Source: Bacillota bacterium (GTDB lineage Bacteria; Bacillota; DTU025; MWDF01). Taken from it: DNA of 62,579 nt. A model generated the notes under the pieces. The model was not told where the DNA came from, did not search any database, and was given only the letters and a program-made list of their open reading frames with translations. The position numbers were made by a program, and so were the translations under genes. The DNA lies in assembly GCA_017994615.1 (NCBI GenBank), contig JAGOKM010000001.1, positions 1 to 62,579 on the forward strand, written 5' to 3'. Each line of letters opens with the position of its first letter. Position 1 is the stretch's first letter. Below, piece after piece: positions 1 to 9,038 of this stretch.

Positions 1-5
1 GTTTC

Positions 6-602
6 ATGGCGGTCGTTGTGGAATACCTCCAGGCCATACTCATGGCCTTCCTGATAGCAATCGTCATCATGGCATTCATAGGCCGTTCATACATGGTAGA
101 AGGCGCGTCCATGGAGAAGACGCTATTCAACAGCGAAAGGGTGCTCGTAGAGAAGATAAGCTACTACTTCGGGGACCCCGACAGGGGAGACATCGTAGTG
201 CTCATGAACCCCAGGCAGCAGAAGTACGGCAACTGGTTCTACGACACGTTCGGCTTCGTGAAGGACATATTCGTCTCCGACATGTCCACGAGGCCCTACA
301 TAAAGCGCGTGATCGGGATAGCCGGGGACAAGGTCGAGGTGAAGGGGGGCCGCACCTACCTGAACGACGAACTTCTCGAGGAGCCCTATGTAAGCGAGGA
401 TATCTGGTGGGACTACGGGCCGTACTACGTACCCGAAGGATACGTCTTCGTGATGGGGGACAACCGCAACCACAGCGACGACAGCAGGAGCTCAGTAGGC
501 TTCCTCAAGATAGACAGGATCCTTGGGAAGGCGGTGGCGAGGTTCTGGCCGCTTAACAAGATCACCATTTTCCAGAGGCCCGACCTTTTCAAGGACATGT
601 AG
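6..602 (+). CDS. lepB: Signal peptidase I
   Basis: N-terminal TM helix; Ser box EGASMEKTL, Lys box YIKRVIGIAGD and GDNRNHSDDSR box typical of type I signal peptidase. Start is near the window edge and uncertain. Confidence 0.85.
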   Translation: MAVVVEYLQAILMAFLIAIVIMAFIGRSYMVEGASMEKTLFNSERVLVEKISYYFGDPDRGDIVVLMNPRQQKYGNWFYDTFGFVKDIFVSDMSTRPYIKRVIGIAGDKVEVKGGRTYLNDELLEEPYVSEDIWWDYGPYYVPEGYVFVMGDNRNHSDDSRSSVGFLKIDRILGKAVARFWPLNKITIFQRPDLFKDM

Positions 603-620
603 GATATGCGGTGATGCCTG

Positions 621-652
621 CCGGCCCGATGATGTCGGGCCGGTTCTCATTT
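621..652 (+). terminator. Intrinsic terminator after lepB
   Basis: 9-bp GC-rich stem CCGGCCCGA/TCGGGCCGG (621-629/635-643), 5-nt loop, then TTCTCATTT. Confidence 0.6.
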
Positions 653-696
653 CACCTGCTTTGCTGTGTTAATATATCCTGGTAAGGGGTGATGGG

Positions 697-1461
697 ATGG
701 ATTGCGCGAAGGTTGAGGCCGTAATCGTCGATTGGCTGAAGGAGAAGATGTCGGCTGCAGGCTCGAAGGGGCTGGTGTTCGGCCTTTCAGGGGGCCTCGA
801 TTCGGCTGTGGTAGCAGGTCTTTCGAAGAAGGCGGCAGGGGAACGCGCCCTCGCGCTCATAATGCCGTGCGAATCCCAAATCATTGACTCAGAGCACGCA
901 GTCCTGGTGGCCGAGGCTTTCGGCCTGGACAGGCGCTTCGTGGACCTTACATCGGCCTACAGGGCGATGTCGTCCGAGATGGCTAAATCGGGGCTGACCG
1001 ACCCGCCGAGGCTTGCCTCTGCGAACCTGAAGCCCAGGCTGAGGATGGCCGCCCTATATTATTTCGCCAATACGCTGGGCTACATGGTCGTTGGAACCGG
1101 CAACAGGAGCGAGTGGTACGTCGGCTACAGCACCAAATACGGCGACGGCGGCGTTGATGTGCAGCCGATCATCGGCCTGCTGAAGGGCGAAGTGGTAGAG
1201 CTGGCCAGGCATCTGGGCGTGCCCGAGGAGATAATCGCAAAGCCTCCGACTGCAGGACTGTGGCAGGGCCAGACGGACGAAGGGGAGATGGGCTTCACTT
1301 ATGCCCAGCTCGACAGATATATTGCGACGGGGGTCGCAGATGAGCGGACTAAGGCGAGGATTGAGTCGATGCATTCGGGCTCCAGGCACAAGTTCGCGCC
1401 GGCGCCCACTCCTTTCGACCCTGAAAAAGGCATCTCTTTCGCAGAGGAAGGCGCAAGGTAG
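697..1461 (+). CDS. nadE: NH3-dependent NAD+ synthetase
   Basis: PP-loop motif GLSGGLDSAV. The 254-aa length has no glutaminase domain. YSTKYGDGG block is typical of NadE. Confidence 0.85.
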   Translation: MDCAKVEAVIVDWLKEKMSAAGSKGLVFGLSGGLDSAVVAGLSKKAAGERALALIMPCESQIIDSEHAVLVAEAFGLDRRFVDLTSAYRAMSSEMAKSGLTDPPRLASANLKPRLRMAALYYFANTLGYMVVGTGNRSEWYVGYSTKYGDGGVDVQPIIGLLKGEVVELARHLGVPEEIIAKPPTAGLWQGQTDEGEMGFTYAQLDRYIATGVADERTKARIESMHSGSRHKFAPAPTPFDPEKGISFAEEGAR

Positions 1462-2022
1462 ATGGGAAGAGGACCTTGGCGCGCCTTCATATCGCGCTTC
1501 TCTGCCTACGACATGGTGGTCATAGGGCTTATAGCGGCGCTGGGCATCGCGTCGAAGAACATCGTCGGCCCGCTGGCGCACCTTGTGACGGTGCCTATAG
1601 GTGTGCCCGGCGGGTCTCTTGCGGGCGGCTTCTACATGCTGTGGATAGTCCTTGCGAGGGCCTTCACGGGCAAGGCGGGCTCTTCGACGCTTGCAGCTGC
1701 CGTGCAGGCTATCATAGTCATTGCGACGGGCTCCTTCGGGTCCCACGGCGCGCTGACCGTGATAACCTATACTCTGCCTGGGATAGCGTGCGACCTTGCG
1801 ATGATACCGCATAAGAAGGACGGCGAGGGGCGGCTGCTCTGGTGCGCATTAGGCGGGATGGCAGCCAACATCGCCGGGTCCGTCGCGACGAACTATACTT
1901 TTTTCAGGCTGCCGCCACTGGCGCTGGCCTTGACTGCCGTCACCGCCGCGTTCTCGGGGGCGGCAGGCGGGGCCTTTGCAAGCGCGGCGTCTGACAGGCT
2001 GGGCAAGATAATGGGAAGATGA
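1462..2022 (+). CDS. ECF-transporter substrate-capture (S) component-like membrane protein, specificity unknown
   Basis: 186 aa, about 5-6 hydrophobic helices, small Gly/Ala-rich membrane protein directly upstream of EcfA/A'/T genes. Start abuts the nadE stop (TAGATG). Confidence 0.5.
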   Translation: MGRGPWRAFISRFSAYDMVVIGLIAALGIASKNIVGPLAHLVTVPIGVPGGSLAGGFYMLWIVLARAFTGKAGSSTLAAAVQAIIVIATGSFGSHGALTVITYTLPGIACDLAMIPHKKDGEGRLLWCALGGMAANIAGSVATNYTFFRLPPLALALTAVTAAFSGAAGGAFASAASDRLGKIMGR

Positions 2023-2035
2023 CCGGAGGATGGAA

Positions 2036-2551
2036 ATGAAGGGCAAGGACAGGTTAGCAATAGGAATCATCATCATCCTGGGGCTGCTCATGGTGGCCCT
2101 TGGGGCAATAAACTCCTGCGCCACCGAGCAGAAGCTCGAAGGCGACCTGGAAGTCCTCGTAAACGGCGAGAAGGTGGCTGCTTTCACCGCGACGGAGCTC
2201 TCCGCGATGAAATCATCCAGCTTCAAGGCCGTAATAAGGAGCTCCAGCGAGGGCACAAGCGAGGCGGAGTTCACCGGGGTCCCTGTAATGGACATCGTGA
2301 AGAAGGCATACCCTGCTGTCGCCGACGGGTACAAGGCCATAATCGTAAAGGCCGAGGACGGATACCAGACGATACTGGCGAAAGAGGAGGCCGAACTGGC
2401 TGACAACGCCTATATCTGCTACCTGATGAACGGCGCCCCGATAAAACCGAAAGCCCAGAAGGGGCACGGCCCCCTGCGCCTAATAATCCGCAACGATGAA
2501 TTCGGCCAGCGCTGGGTCAAGTACGTAAACAGGATAGAAGTCAAGAAGTGA
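2036..2551 (+). CDS. Membrane-anchored/exported protein with molybdopterin-oxidoreductase-like (Oxidored_molyb-like) domain
   Basis: N-terminal hydrophobic anchor. Motifs FTGVPV..., AEDGYQT, GPLRLII, QRWVKYVNRIEV recur in the proteins at 10439-11407 and 11424-11957. GGAGG lies 6 nt before the ATG at 2036. Stop overlaps the next gene's GTG (GTGA). Confidence 0.5.
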   Translation: MKGKDRLAIGIIIILGLLMVALGAINSCATEQKLEGDLEVLVNGEKVAAFTATELSAMKSSSFKAVIRSSSEGTSEAEFTGVPVMDIVKKAYPAVADGYKAIIVKAEDGYQTILAKEEAELADNAYICYLMNGAPIKPKAQKGHGPLRLIIRNDEFGQRWVKYVNRIEVKK

Positions 2552-3237
2552 AAGCCCTTTCGCTTTCGAAAACACGGTTCAGCTATCAAGGCGCCTTAAA
2601 GCCCGTGCTGGACGGCGTGGACCTGGACATGGAGCCGGGCCAGGCGGTGCAGGTCTCAGGCCCCTCAGGCAGCGGCAAGACCACGTTATGCCTCGTAGCG
2701 TGCGCTATCATCCCCTCCAGGCTGGTAGGCAAGTTCTCCGGAAAGGCCGAGCTGTTCGGGCAGGCGACTGCGAAGCTGGGCCCCTCGGGGGCTTCCGGCT
2801 ATGTAGGGTATGTGATGCAGGACCCGGAATTCTCCATGCTCATGCCCACCGTCGAGGACGAGATCGCCTTCGGCCTTGAGAACAGGGGATGGGAGCCGGA
2901 GAAGATAACCGCAAGGGTCGAAGAGCTCATGGCAGACCTGGGCATGCGGTCCCTTTCGGGGAGGAATCCGCAGAAGCTTTCGGGCGGCGAGAAACAGCTC
3001 GTGGCAATAGCCGCGGCCATCGCCCATCATCCGCCGCTTCTGGTCATGGACGAATCATTCTCGGGCCTGGATGAGGACAAGAGGGAGCTGGTCGTCTTCG
3101 AGCTGGGCCGGATGAAGAAGAACGGCACCGCCATCCTGATGGTGGAGCATCTGGGGATCGGCCGCATCGCCCCCTTCTGGCTTGACAGGAAGCTGTGGCT
3201 GCAGGACGGCTCGCTCACGGAGGCTCAAGGAAGTTGA
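2548..3237 (+). CDS. ECF/ABC transporter ATP-binding protein (EcfA-like)
   Basis: Walker A GPSGSGKTT, signature LSGGEKQ, Walker B LLVMDES. Confidence 0.8.
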   Translation: MKALSLSKTRFSYQGALKPVLDGVDLDMEPGQAVQVSGPSGSGKTTLCLVACAIIPSRLVGKFSGKAELFGQATAKLGPSGASGYVGYVMQDPEFSMLMPTVEDEIAFGLENRGWEPEKITARVEELMADLGMRSLSGRNPQKLSGGEKQLVAIAAAIAHHPPLLVMDESFSGLDEDKRELVVFELGRMKKNGTAILMVEHLGIGRIAPFWLDRKLWLQDGSLTEAQGS

Positions 3238-3911
3238 AGCAGGTTGTCTTCGAATCGGTGGTATTCTCCTACCCGGCGGACAGGGATTTTGCTCCCGCCC
3301 CCAGGGTGTTCGACAGGCTCAGCCTGACGTTGAAGCCGGGTCGCGCGTATGTGCTGCTCGGACCAAACGGATGCGGCAAGAGCACCTTCGCGAAGCTGAT
3401 GGCGGGCATCATATGCCCTGACGAAGGAAGGGTGCTAATCGGGGGGGACGAAGTCAGCAAAATGAGCCTGCCAGAGGTAGGCAGATCGGTCGGCATCGTC
3501 ATGCAGAACCCCTCAAGGCAGCTGATATGCTCCCGTCCTGTTGACGAGGTCGCATTCGGCCTCGTCCAAAGGGGCATGGACAGGGATGCCGCGGGCGCTT
3601 TCGCCGCCGAAGCCCTTGAAAGCTACGGCTTGTCGGAAGCGTCCGGCACATACACCCAGAGGCTGTCCAAGGGAGAGCAGATTAGGCTGGCCATGGCTTC
3701 CTGGACGGTCCTTAAGCCCGACTGGATGATACTGGACGAATCCCTTTCGAGCCTCGATATCTGCTCAAAGGGCATCGTGCTGGGCAAGGTGGCCGAGATG
3801 GCGGCCCAAGGGCACGGTGTCATCGTAGTATCGCATTCAAGTGAGCTTGCAGACGAGATGGGGGCGTTCAAGATAACGATGGAGAAGGGGGGCGCAGCCC
3901 TTGTCGGTTGA
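3234..3911 (+). CDS. ECF/ABC transporter ATP-binding protein (EcfA'-like)
   Basis: Walker A GPNGCGKST, degenerate signature LSKGEQIR, Walker B WMILDES. Likely TTG start overlaps the upstream TGA (the ORF track extends to 3195). Confidence 0.75.
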   Translation: MKQVVFESVVFSYPADRDFAPAPRVFDRLSLTLKPGRAYVLLGPNGCGKSTFAKLMAGIICPDEGRVLIGGDEVSKMSLPEVGRSVGIVMQNPSRQLICSRPVDEVAFGLVQRGMDRDAAGAFAAEALESYGLSEASGTYTQRLSKGEQIRLAMASWTVLKPDWMILDESLSSLDICSKGIVLGKVAEMAAQGHGVIVVSHSSELADEMGAFKITMEKGGAALVG

Positions 3912-4635
3912 GGCGGATCCAAGGTCAAAGCTTTTCGCCGTCTTCTGCCTTACCACGATGGCCCTGCTAATCAGGCAGGGGGAAAGCGCCCTTCTGCTGG
4001 CAGCGTTGACCATAGCCGCGCTCGCCCTATTCGGGGTAAGGCTGTCGGCCCCGTTCAGGATTCTCCGCAAGCTCGTCCCCGCCCTCCTGGTCGTATCGGT
4101 CCTTCAGGTCCTGCTCGTGAAGGCGGGGCGGCCGCTTCTTCTGCTGGGCAGCATTCGGCTGGTCACGACGGGGGGGCTGCAGGCGGCTTTGTTCATGGCG
4201 GCCAGGGTGGGCATAATCGCAAGCTGCGGTTCGATCCTCTACAGCATCGGTTTTTCGGACTTCCTTTTAGCGATGAGGTCCATTAGGGTGCCCTACGAGC
4301 TTGCCTTCATGTCGGCCATGGGGGCGAAATTCCTCCCCCTTCTGGCTGAGGAGATGTCCGACAGCCTGATATCTGCCCAGCTGAGGGGGGCCGACTTGAG
4401 GAGGATGGGATTGGTTCGAAGGCTCAGGCTCTATGTGGACGTCCTCATGCCGGCCACAGTGACAGCCATGTCGAGGGCCGAGGGCATATCATGGGCGCTT
4501 GAGCTGAAGGGCTTCAACCCGGGGAAGCCGAGGACGTACTGGCGCAAGCTGGAGATGGGCATGTCGGACTGGCTGGTCCTGCTGGCCGGGGCAATTGCGT
4601 TTGCCGCCTTCCTTGCAATCAACTACCGGAGGTGA
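3901..4635 (+). CDS. ECF transporter transmembrane (T) component, CbiQ/EcfT family
   Basis: 244-aa polytopic protein following two ECF ATPases. Arg-Gly coupling-helix-like motifs (MRSIRVP, AQLRGADL). Overlaps the upstream stop. Confidence 0.7.
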   Translation: MSVEADPRSKLFAVFCLTTMALLIRQGESALLLAALTIAALALFGVRLSAPFRILRKLVPALLVVSVLQVLLVKAGRPLLLLGSIRLVTTGGLQAALFMAARVGIIASCGSILYSIGFSDFLLAMRSIRVPYELAFMSAMGAKFLPLLAEEMSDSLISAQLRGADLRRMGLVRRLRLYVDVLMPATVTAMSRAEGISWALELKGFNPGKPRTYWRKLEMGMSDWLVLLAGAIAFAAFLAINYRR

Positions 4636-4642
4636 CCGAAAA

Positions 4643-5155
4643 GTGAAGGTGTTTGCCGTATCGGGCCTGCACAGCACGGGCAAGACAACGGTAGTCGAGC
4701 ACCTGGTAAGGGAGTTCGCATCAAGGGGCCTGAAGGTAGGCACCATCAAGGACATACACTACGAGGGGTTCACCATCGACAAAGAGGGCACCAACACCTG
4801 GAGGCATCGGCAGGCCGGTGCATCTGTTGTCGCAGCCAGGGGGCTTGATGAGACCGACGTCATATATGCCGGGAGGATGAGGATGGCAGAACTGGTGGAT
4901 CTCTTCGACGTCGACGTGCTAGTTATCGAAGGAGGCCACGATGAGCCCTATCCGAGGATAACATGCGGCTCAAACGCCGAAGAAGCGGATCTAAGGACCG
5001 ACGGCCACACTTTCGCGTTCTCAGGCGTAATGGGCTCGACGGTCAGATCCTATCGCGGCCTGAGGGCGTTCGATTGCACGTCGGAGGCGGCGGAACTGGC
5101 CGACCTTGCGCTGGTAAGGGCTTTAGCGGTCGACAAGACGGGTGGGCTTAAGTGA
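4643..5155 (+). CDS. mobB: Molybdopterin-guanine dinucleotide biosynthesis adapter protein MobB
   Basis: VFAVSGLHSTGKTT P-loop at the N-terminus, about 170 aa, KDIHYEGF...TNTWRH block typical of MobB. GTG start 7 nt after GGAGGTGA. Confidence 0.75.
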   Translation: MKVFAVSGLHSTGKTTVVEHLVREFASRGLKVGTIKDIHYEGFTIDKEGTNTWRHRQAGASVVAARGLDETDVIYAGRMRMAELVDLFDVDVLVIEGGHDEPYPRITCGSNAEEADLRTDGHTFAFSGVMGSTVRSYRGLRAFDCTSEAAELADLALVRALAVDKTGGLK

Positions 5156-5967
5156 GGCAGGACGCAGCGCATGCCCCCGGCGTGGAAGCCCTGGCCGGCA
5201 TTGTGGCCTCCGTGTGCGCTTCTTCCATCAGGGACGGCGACAGGCCGGAGGAGAGCCTGAGGGGAATCGAGGGCTTCATGGGGCTGCATCCTCTCGAATC
5301 GAGGAAGGGCAGGTGCTTCAAGCTCGACACTTGCAGTATGCCTGCGCTGTTCGTGAAGATCCTTCAGGACAGCTCAAAGGCGGCTAACGAGGCCGGGTTC
5401 GCAAAAAGGCTCAACGAGATGGGGATAAGCTGCCCGAAGGCCCTCTTCGTCGAAGGGCAGGTGCTCGTCAGGCTATATATCGAGGGGAAGACCGCGGCCG
5501 AAGAGCTGGACATGGCGATAGGATGGGGGGATGTCGGCTATGCCTCGTCTTTGTGCTCGAAGGTGGGCGCCATGCTGGCCGAAGCGCATAACCTGGATTC
5601 CCGAAACGGTCATGGGCTGGTCCTGAACGACCTGAACCTGCGCAACTTCATCGTGTCCGGAGCAAATTCGATAAGCCTCATAGACCTTGCCGACGCGGGC
5701 GACGGGGACCAGGGGAAGGACCTGGGAAGCCTTGTTGTACACATACTGACCCACAGGCCCGCCTTCACTGTGGCCTCCGAGGCAATGGCAGATGCGGCAT
5801 ACCGGGGCTACTTCGGGACGGCCGGATGGCCCGGCGCCCGCGCGAAAGCCGTGCAGGGGCTCAAGGAAGCACTTCTCGAAGCCGAGGCCAGGAGGCATTC
5901 GCCAGGGCTTTCAGAGCTTGCACGAGGCTATCTGAAGCATCTGGAAGAGACGGTAAAGGGCATGTAG
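5152..5967 (+). CDS. Atypical protein-kinase-fold protein (Bud32/RIO/Kdo-kinase-like)
   Basis: ALFVKIL (VAIK-like Lys), NEAGF (alphaC Glu), catalytic-loop-like LNDLNLRNFIV, DFG-like LIDLADAG. GTG start overlaps the mobB stop (GTGA). Confidence 0.45.
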   Translation: MRQDAAHAPGVEALAGIVASVCASSIRDGDRPEESLRGIEGFMGLHPLESRKGRCFKLDTCSMPALFVKILQDSSKAANEAGFAKRLNEMGISCPKALFVEGQVLVRLYIEGKTAAEELDMAIGWGDVGYASSLCSKVGAMLAEAHNLDSRNGHGLVLNDLNLRNFIVSGANSISLIDLADAGDGDQGKDLGSLVVHILTHRPAFTVASEAMADAAYRGYFGTAGWPGARAKAVQGLKEALLEAEARRHSPGLSELARGYLKHLEETVKGM

Positions 5968-5979
5968 GAGGGGCATGGC

Positions 5980-6531
5980 ATGGGTCTTAGCACAGGCAAA
6001 CTAACCGTAGTCGCCCTTTTCACGGCGCTGATGATAGCTGGCGCTTACATATCGGTCCCTTTAGCTGGCACCGTGCCTTTGACCTTCCAGCCGTTCGTAA
6101 GCATACTGGCCGGCGCTGTAATAGGGCCCAGGCTCGGGTTCCTGGCAGTGGCTGCCTATGTGGCGATAGGATTGGCAGGCGTGCCGGTCTTCGCAGGTTT
6201 CACAGGCGGCATTGTCAAGGTGCTGTCTCCTTCATTCGGTTTCATACTCGGCTTCCTGGCCGCAACCGTAGTGACCGGCGCAATCGCCTACAAAGGGAAG
6301 CCGTCTTTCCCCAAGCTCCTTGCCGCCAGCGTGGCAGGGATTGCCGCCATCTACCTTGCGGGCATCCCATACATGCACATAATACTTGTCACCGTTTCCG
6401 GCAAGGACTGGGCATTTGCGGCCACGGCGCTGAGCATGGCGCCGTTTTTCGTAAAGGACATGCTCCTGGCCGGAGTCGCGGCCTTGATAGCTGCAAGGCT
6501 GTTGCCGATAGCCAGGAGGCTCATGAGATAA
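5980..6531 (+). CDS. bioY: Biotin transporter S component BioY
   Basis: 183 aa; N-terminal ...ALFTALMIAGAYISVPL...PLTFQPF...LAGAVIGPRLG pattern characteristic of BioY. Confidence 0.8.
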   Translation: MGLSTGKLTVVALFTALMIAGAYISVPLAGTVPLTFQPFVSILAGAVIGPRLGFLAVAAYVAIGLAGVPVFAGFTGGIVKVLSPSFGFILGFLAATVVTGAIAYKGKPSFPKLLAASVAGIAAIYLAGIPYMHIILVTVSGKDWAFAATALSMAPFFVKDMLLAGVAALIAARLLPIARRLMR

Positions 6532-6574
6532 ACGCGACTTGCTCGGGCTGCGCCCTTCTGAACCCCTTATTTGG

Positions 6575-7837
6575 TCACTGCCTTATCCCAAGGGCTTCGA
6601 GCATTTTGGCGAACAGCTCGCTGTTGTCATAACGCCCCGCGAAAATGGAAGAGCCGGGGCCTTCCGCGGTCACAAGCACGTTGGAAGCCGTGTGCCCTCC
6701 GCTGCCCCAGGCTATGTTGGCCTTCCGGGAGATCAACGCGCCGATGGACCTAGCCCAGTCGCTGGAGCTTCTGATCGACTCGGCCTCTTCTTCGGACATC
6801 TCGTACCCTGTTGAGGCCTTTACTATCGAAACCAGAGAGGCAGGTTTATCCTCAGCGAGCCAGGCCATCTTCATAGAACTTGACTTCACCCTCGCGAGGA
6901 AGGGCACGTCGATCCTGTATCCCTGGTTGGCGCCGAGGGACAGGCCGCCAGTCTCGTGGTCGGACACGACCAGTACCAGGGTATCGCCGTCCTTGCGGGC
7001 GAATTCCAGGGCCTTTGCGACGCCCATGTCGGCGGCGATTACGCCCTTTAAGGCGGCAGCTGCGTCGTTGTCGTGAGAAGCCCCGTCCACGCTGCCCGTC
7101 TCGGCAAGGAGGATGAAGGGTCTACCCTTTCCGGAAAGCTTGTCCAGCGCCGCTGATATGATGTCGACGAATGCTGCGGCATTGCTTCCGGCGTCTATCT
7201 CCATTTGAAGATATGCGTCATCTAGAAGGCAGATAGCCGGCAGTCCGCCGGAAGCCAGGGACTTCAGGTCATAGTAGGCGTTGAAGCGTGGCTTCGAATC
7301 GGCGGACAGCATGGACTGCTGGATGAGCGGGTCGACATAGCGGGCCCCTCCGCCTATCGCAAGGTCGAGGCTAGATGACATGAGCTGCTTTGCGATGTTC
7401 CTGTATTCCGCCCTGGTAAGGGAGTTTGCGTACATCGCCGCCGATGTCGCGTCGTACAGCTCCGAATTGGTAGCGATGCCGCACGAGAATCCGGCCTTGG
7501 ATGCGATGTCCATGACGCTTTCTAGCTTGTTCAGGTCGTGGTCGTACCCGATCGCCGCATTGTAGGTCCGCTTACCCGTGAACATGGCGGTCGCTGCCGC
7601 CGCCGAATCTGTGATATCGGAACCGTAGCTGGACGTATCCATCATCCCCAGGTGACTCATGCGGTTCATCGAAAGGCCGCCCTTCACAGCAAGCTCTCCG
7701 AGCTGCCTGTGCGCAGGGCCCATGCCGTCCACGACGATTATTATGAGGTTTCTTGCTAGCCCTTGAGCAGATGCAAGCGGAAAAGCTGCCATCAGCAGCA
7801 GGATGGCTGCGGCAAGCCTGACATGTCTGTTCTTCAT
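6575..7837 (-). CDS. phoA: Alkaline phosphatase (PhoA family), exported
   Basis: Signal peptide; VVDGMG, nucleophile box TDSAAAATAMFTGKRTYNAAIG, SDHETGGL, GGHTASNV. Confidence 0.85.
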   Translation of the reverse strand: MKNRHVRLAAAILLLMAAFPLASAQGLARNLIIIVVDGMGPAHRQLGELAVKGGLSMNRMSHLGMMDTSSYGSDITDSAAAATAMFTGKRTYNAAIGYDHDLNKLESVMDIASKAGFSCGIATNSELYDATSAAMYANSLTRAEYRNIAKQLMSSSLDLAIGGGARYVDPLIQQSMLSADSKPRFNAYYDLKSLASGGLPAICLLDDAYLQMEIDAGSNAAAFVDIISAALDKLSGKGRPFILLAETGSVDGASHDNDAAAALKGVIAADMGVAKALEFARKDGDTLVLVVSDHETGGLSLGANQGYRIDVPFLARVKSSSMKMAWLAEDKPASLVSIVKASTGYEMSEEEAESIRSSSDWARSIGALISRKANIAWGSGGHTASNVLVTAEGPGSSIFAGRYDNSELFAKMLEALGIRQ

Positions 7838-7931
7838 CGTATCCCCCCGGTTCGAGATGAATCAATTCTACACCAAGTCTGGCAGGGGCATGATGCATGG
7901 TATAATCCCCTAGGGAAGGAAGGTATCGGAC

Positions 7932-8951
7932 ATGTCTTTCAAGGTCATTTTGAAAAGGGCCACGATTGCGGCCTTGGCGTTGGTCCTCTCGACGCTGGCC
8001 CTCGTTTCGGCCCAGGCGCCGCCCCCTTACCACGACGTGCGGCCCGGCTACGGGGTGACCCGCATAGGCTGGCTATCCGATTACTGCCCGGGGCTTAGGG
8101 GGACGCCCGGCGACACGATGGTCTATTACTTGGAAAGCGGCGTGCCCGGCATGGACGTACTGGTGCTCGGCGGCACGCACGCCAACGAGATATCGGGGAT
8201 ACTGGCTGCGACGCTGCTCGTAGAACGGTCAGAAGTGAAGGCCGGAAGGCTTATAGTCATACCCCACGCGAACAACAGCGCGTCGATGGCGCCCGATTCA
8301 AGGGGCGGCTTGAAACTCGAGCATGTCACGATAGGTTCGCTCTCGGCGCCCAGGGTGTTCAAGTACGGCGACAGGTACACAAGCGAGGCCGACCAGCCCG
8401 ACTACAAGTCCGACCCGCTCGGCATAGAAGCCAGGAACCTCAACAGGGTTTACCCAGGCAAGTCGGACGGGACCATGACGGAGAAGATCGCATTCGGGAT
8501 CATGGAGATATTGAGGGCCGAGGGCATAGATACTGCCATCGACCTGCATGAGGCCAACCCCAAAAGCAGCCTCGGTTGGACTATCATATCTCCCAACGAG
8601 ACCCTGGACATCGCAGTCCTTTCGGCATTCGAGCTGGAAGAGAAGGGAATCAGGATGAGCCCCGACAGGAGCGGCGCGGGCTTTGCCGGCTACAGCCACT
8701 GGGAATGGAGCAGGATGGGGACTGCCGCATTCCTTCTCGAGACGGTGAACCCGGGCATGGAGGCCGGATTGAAGCTGGATCCGATCGTGAGCGCGGAATT
8801 TCCTATCGAAAGGCGCGTCGGAACACACCTCGAGACGATATTGACCCTGCTTAAGTACTCGGTTGAGCTGGGCGGGGCCCCTTTTGCGATAGAAGGTGTT
8901 CCGAGCTACAAGGCGCTGATGCAGAATGGGATATCGAGCTACCTGAGGTAA
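7932..8951 (+). CDS. Exported M14-like zinc hydrolase (succinylglutamate desuccinylase/aspartoacylase-type)
   Basis: Signal peptide; Zn-ligand motif GGTHANEISG (HxxE) and downstream IDLHE. Confidence 0.6.
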   Translation: MSFKVILKRATIAALALVLSTLALVSAQAPPPYHDVRPGYGVTRIGWLSDYCPGLRGTPGDTMVYYLESGVPGMDVLVLGGTHANEISGILAATLLVERSEVKAGRLIVIPHANNSASMAPDSRGGLKLEHVTIGSLSAPRVFKYGDRYTSEADQPDYKSDPLGIEARNLNRVYPGKSDGTMTEKIAFGIMEILRAEGIDTAIDLHEANPKSSLGWTIISPNETLDIAVLSAFELEEKGIRMSPDRSGAGFAGYSHWEWSRMGTAAFLLETVNPGMEAGLKLDPIVSAEFPIERRVGTHLETILTLLKYSVELGGAPFAIEGVPSYKALMQNGISSYLR

Positions 8952-8970
8952 AACCTGCAGTCTGATTGTA

Positions 8971-9019
8971 GAAGCCCCCGCAGCTTGCGGCCAGACCATG
9001 GCCGTGCGGCGGGGGCTTC
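8971..9019. terminator. Long hairpin between convergent genes (terminator-like, no clear U-tract)
   Basis: GAAGCCCCCG (8971-8980) pairs with CGGGGGCTTC (9010-9019). The inner GGCC palindrome allows extension. Confidence 0.4.
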
Positions 9020-9038
9020 CCTCAAGGCATTCCCTGGG

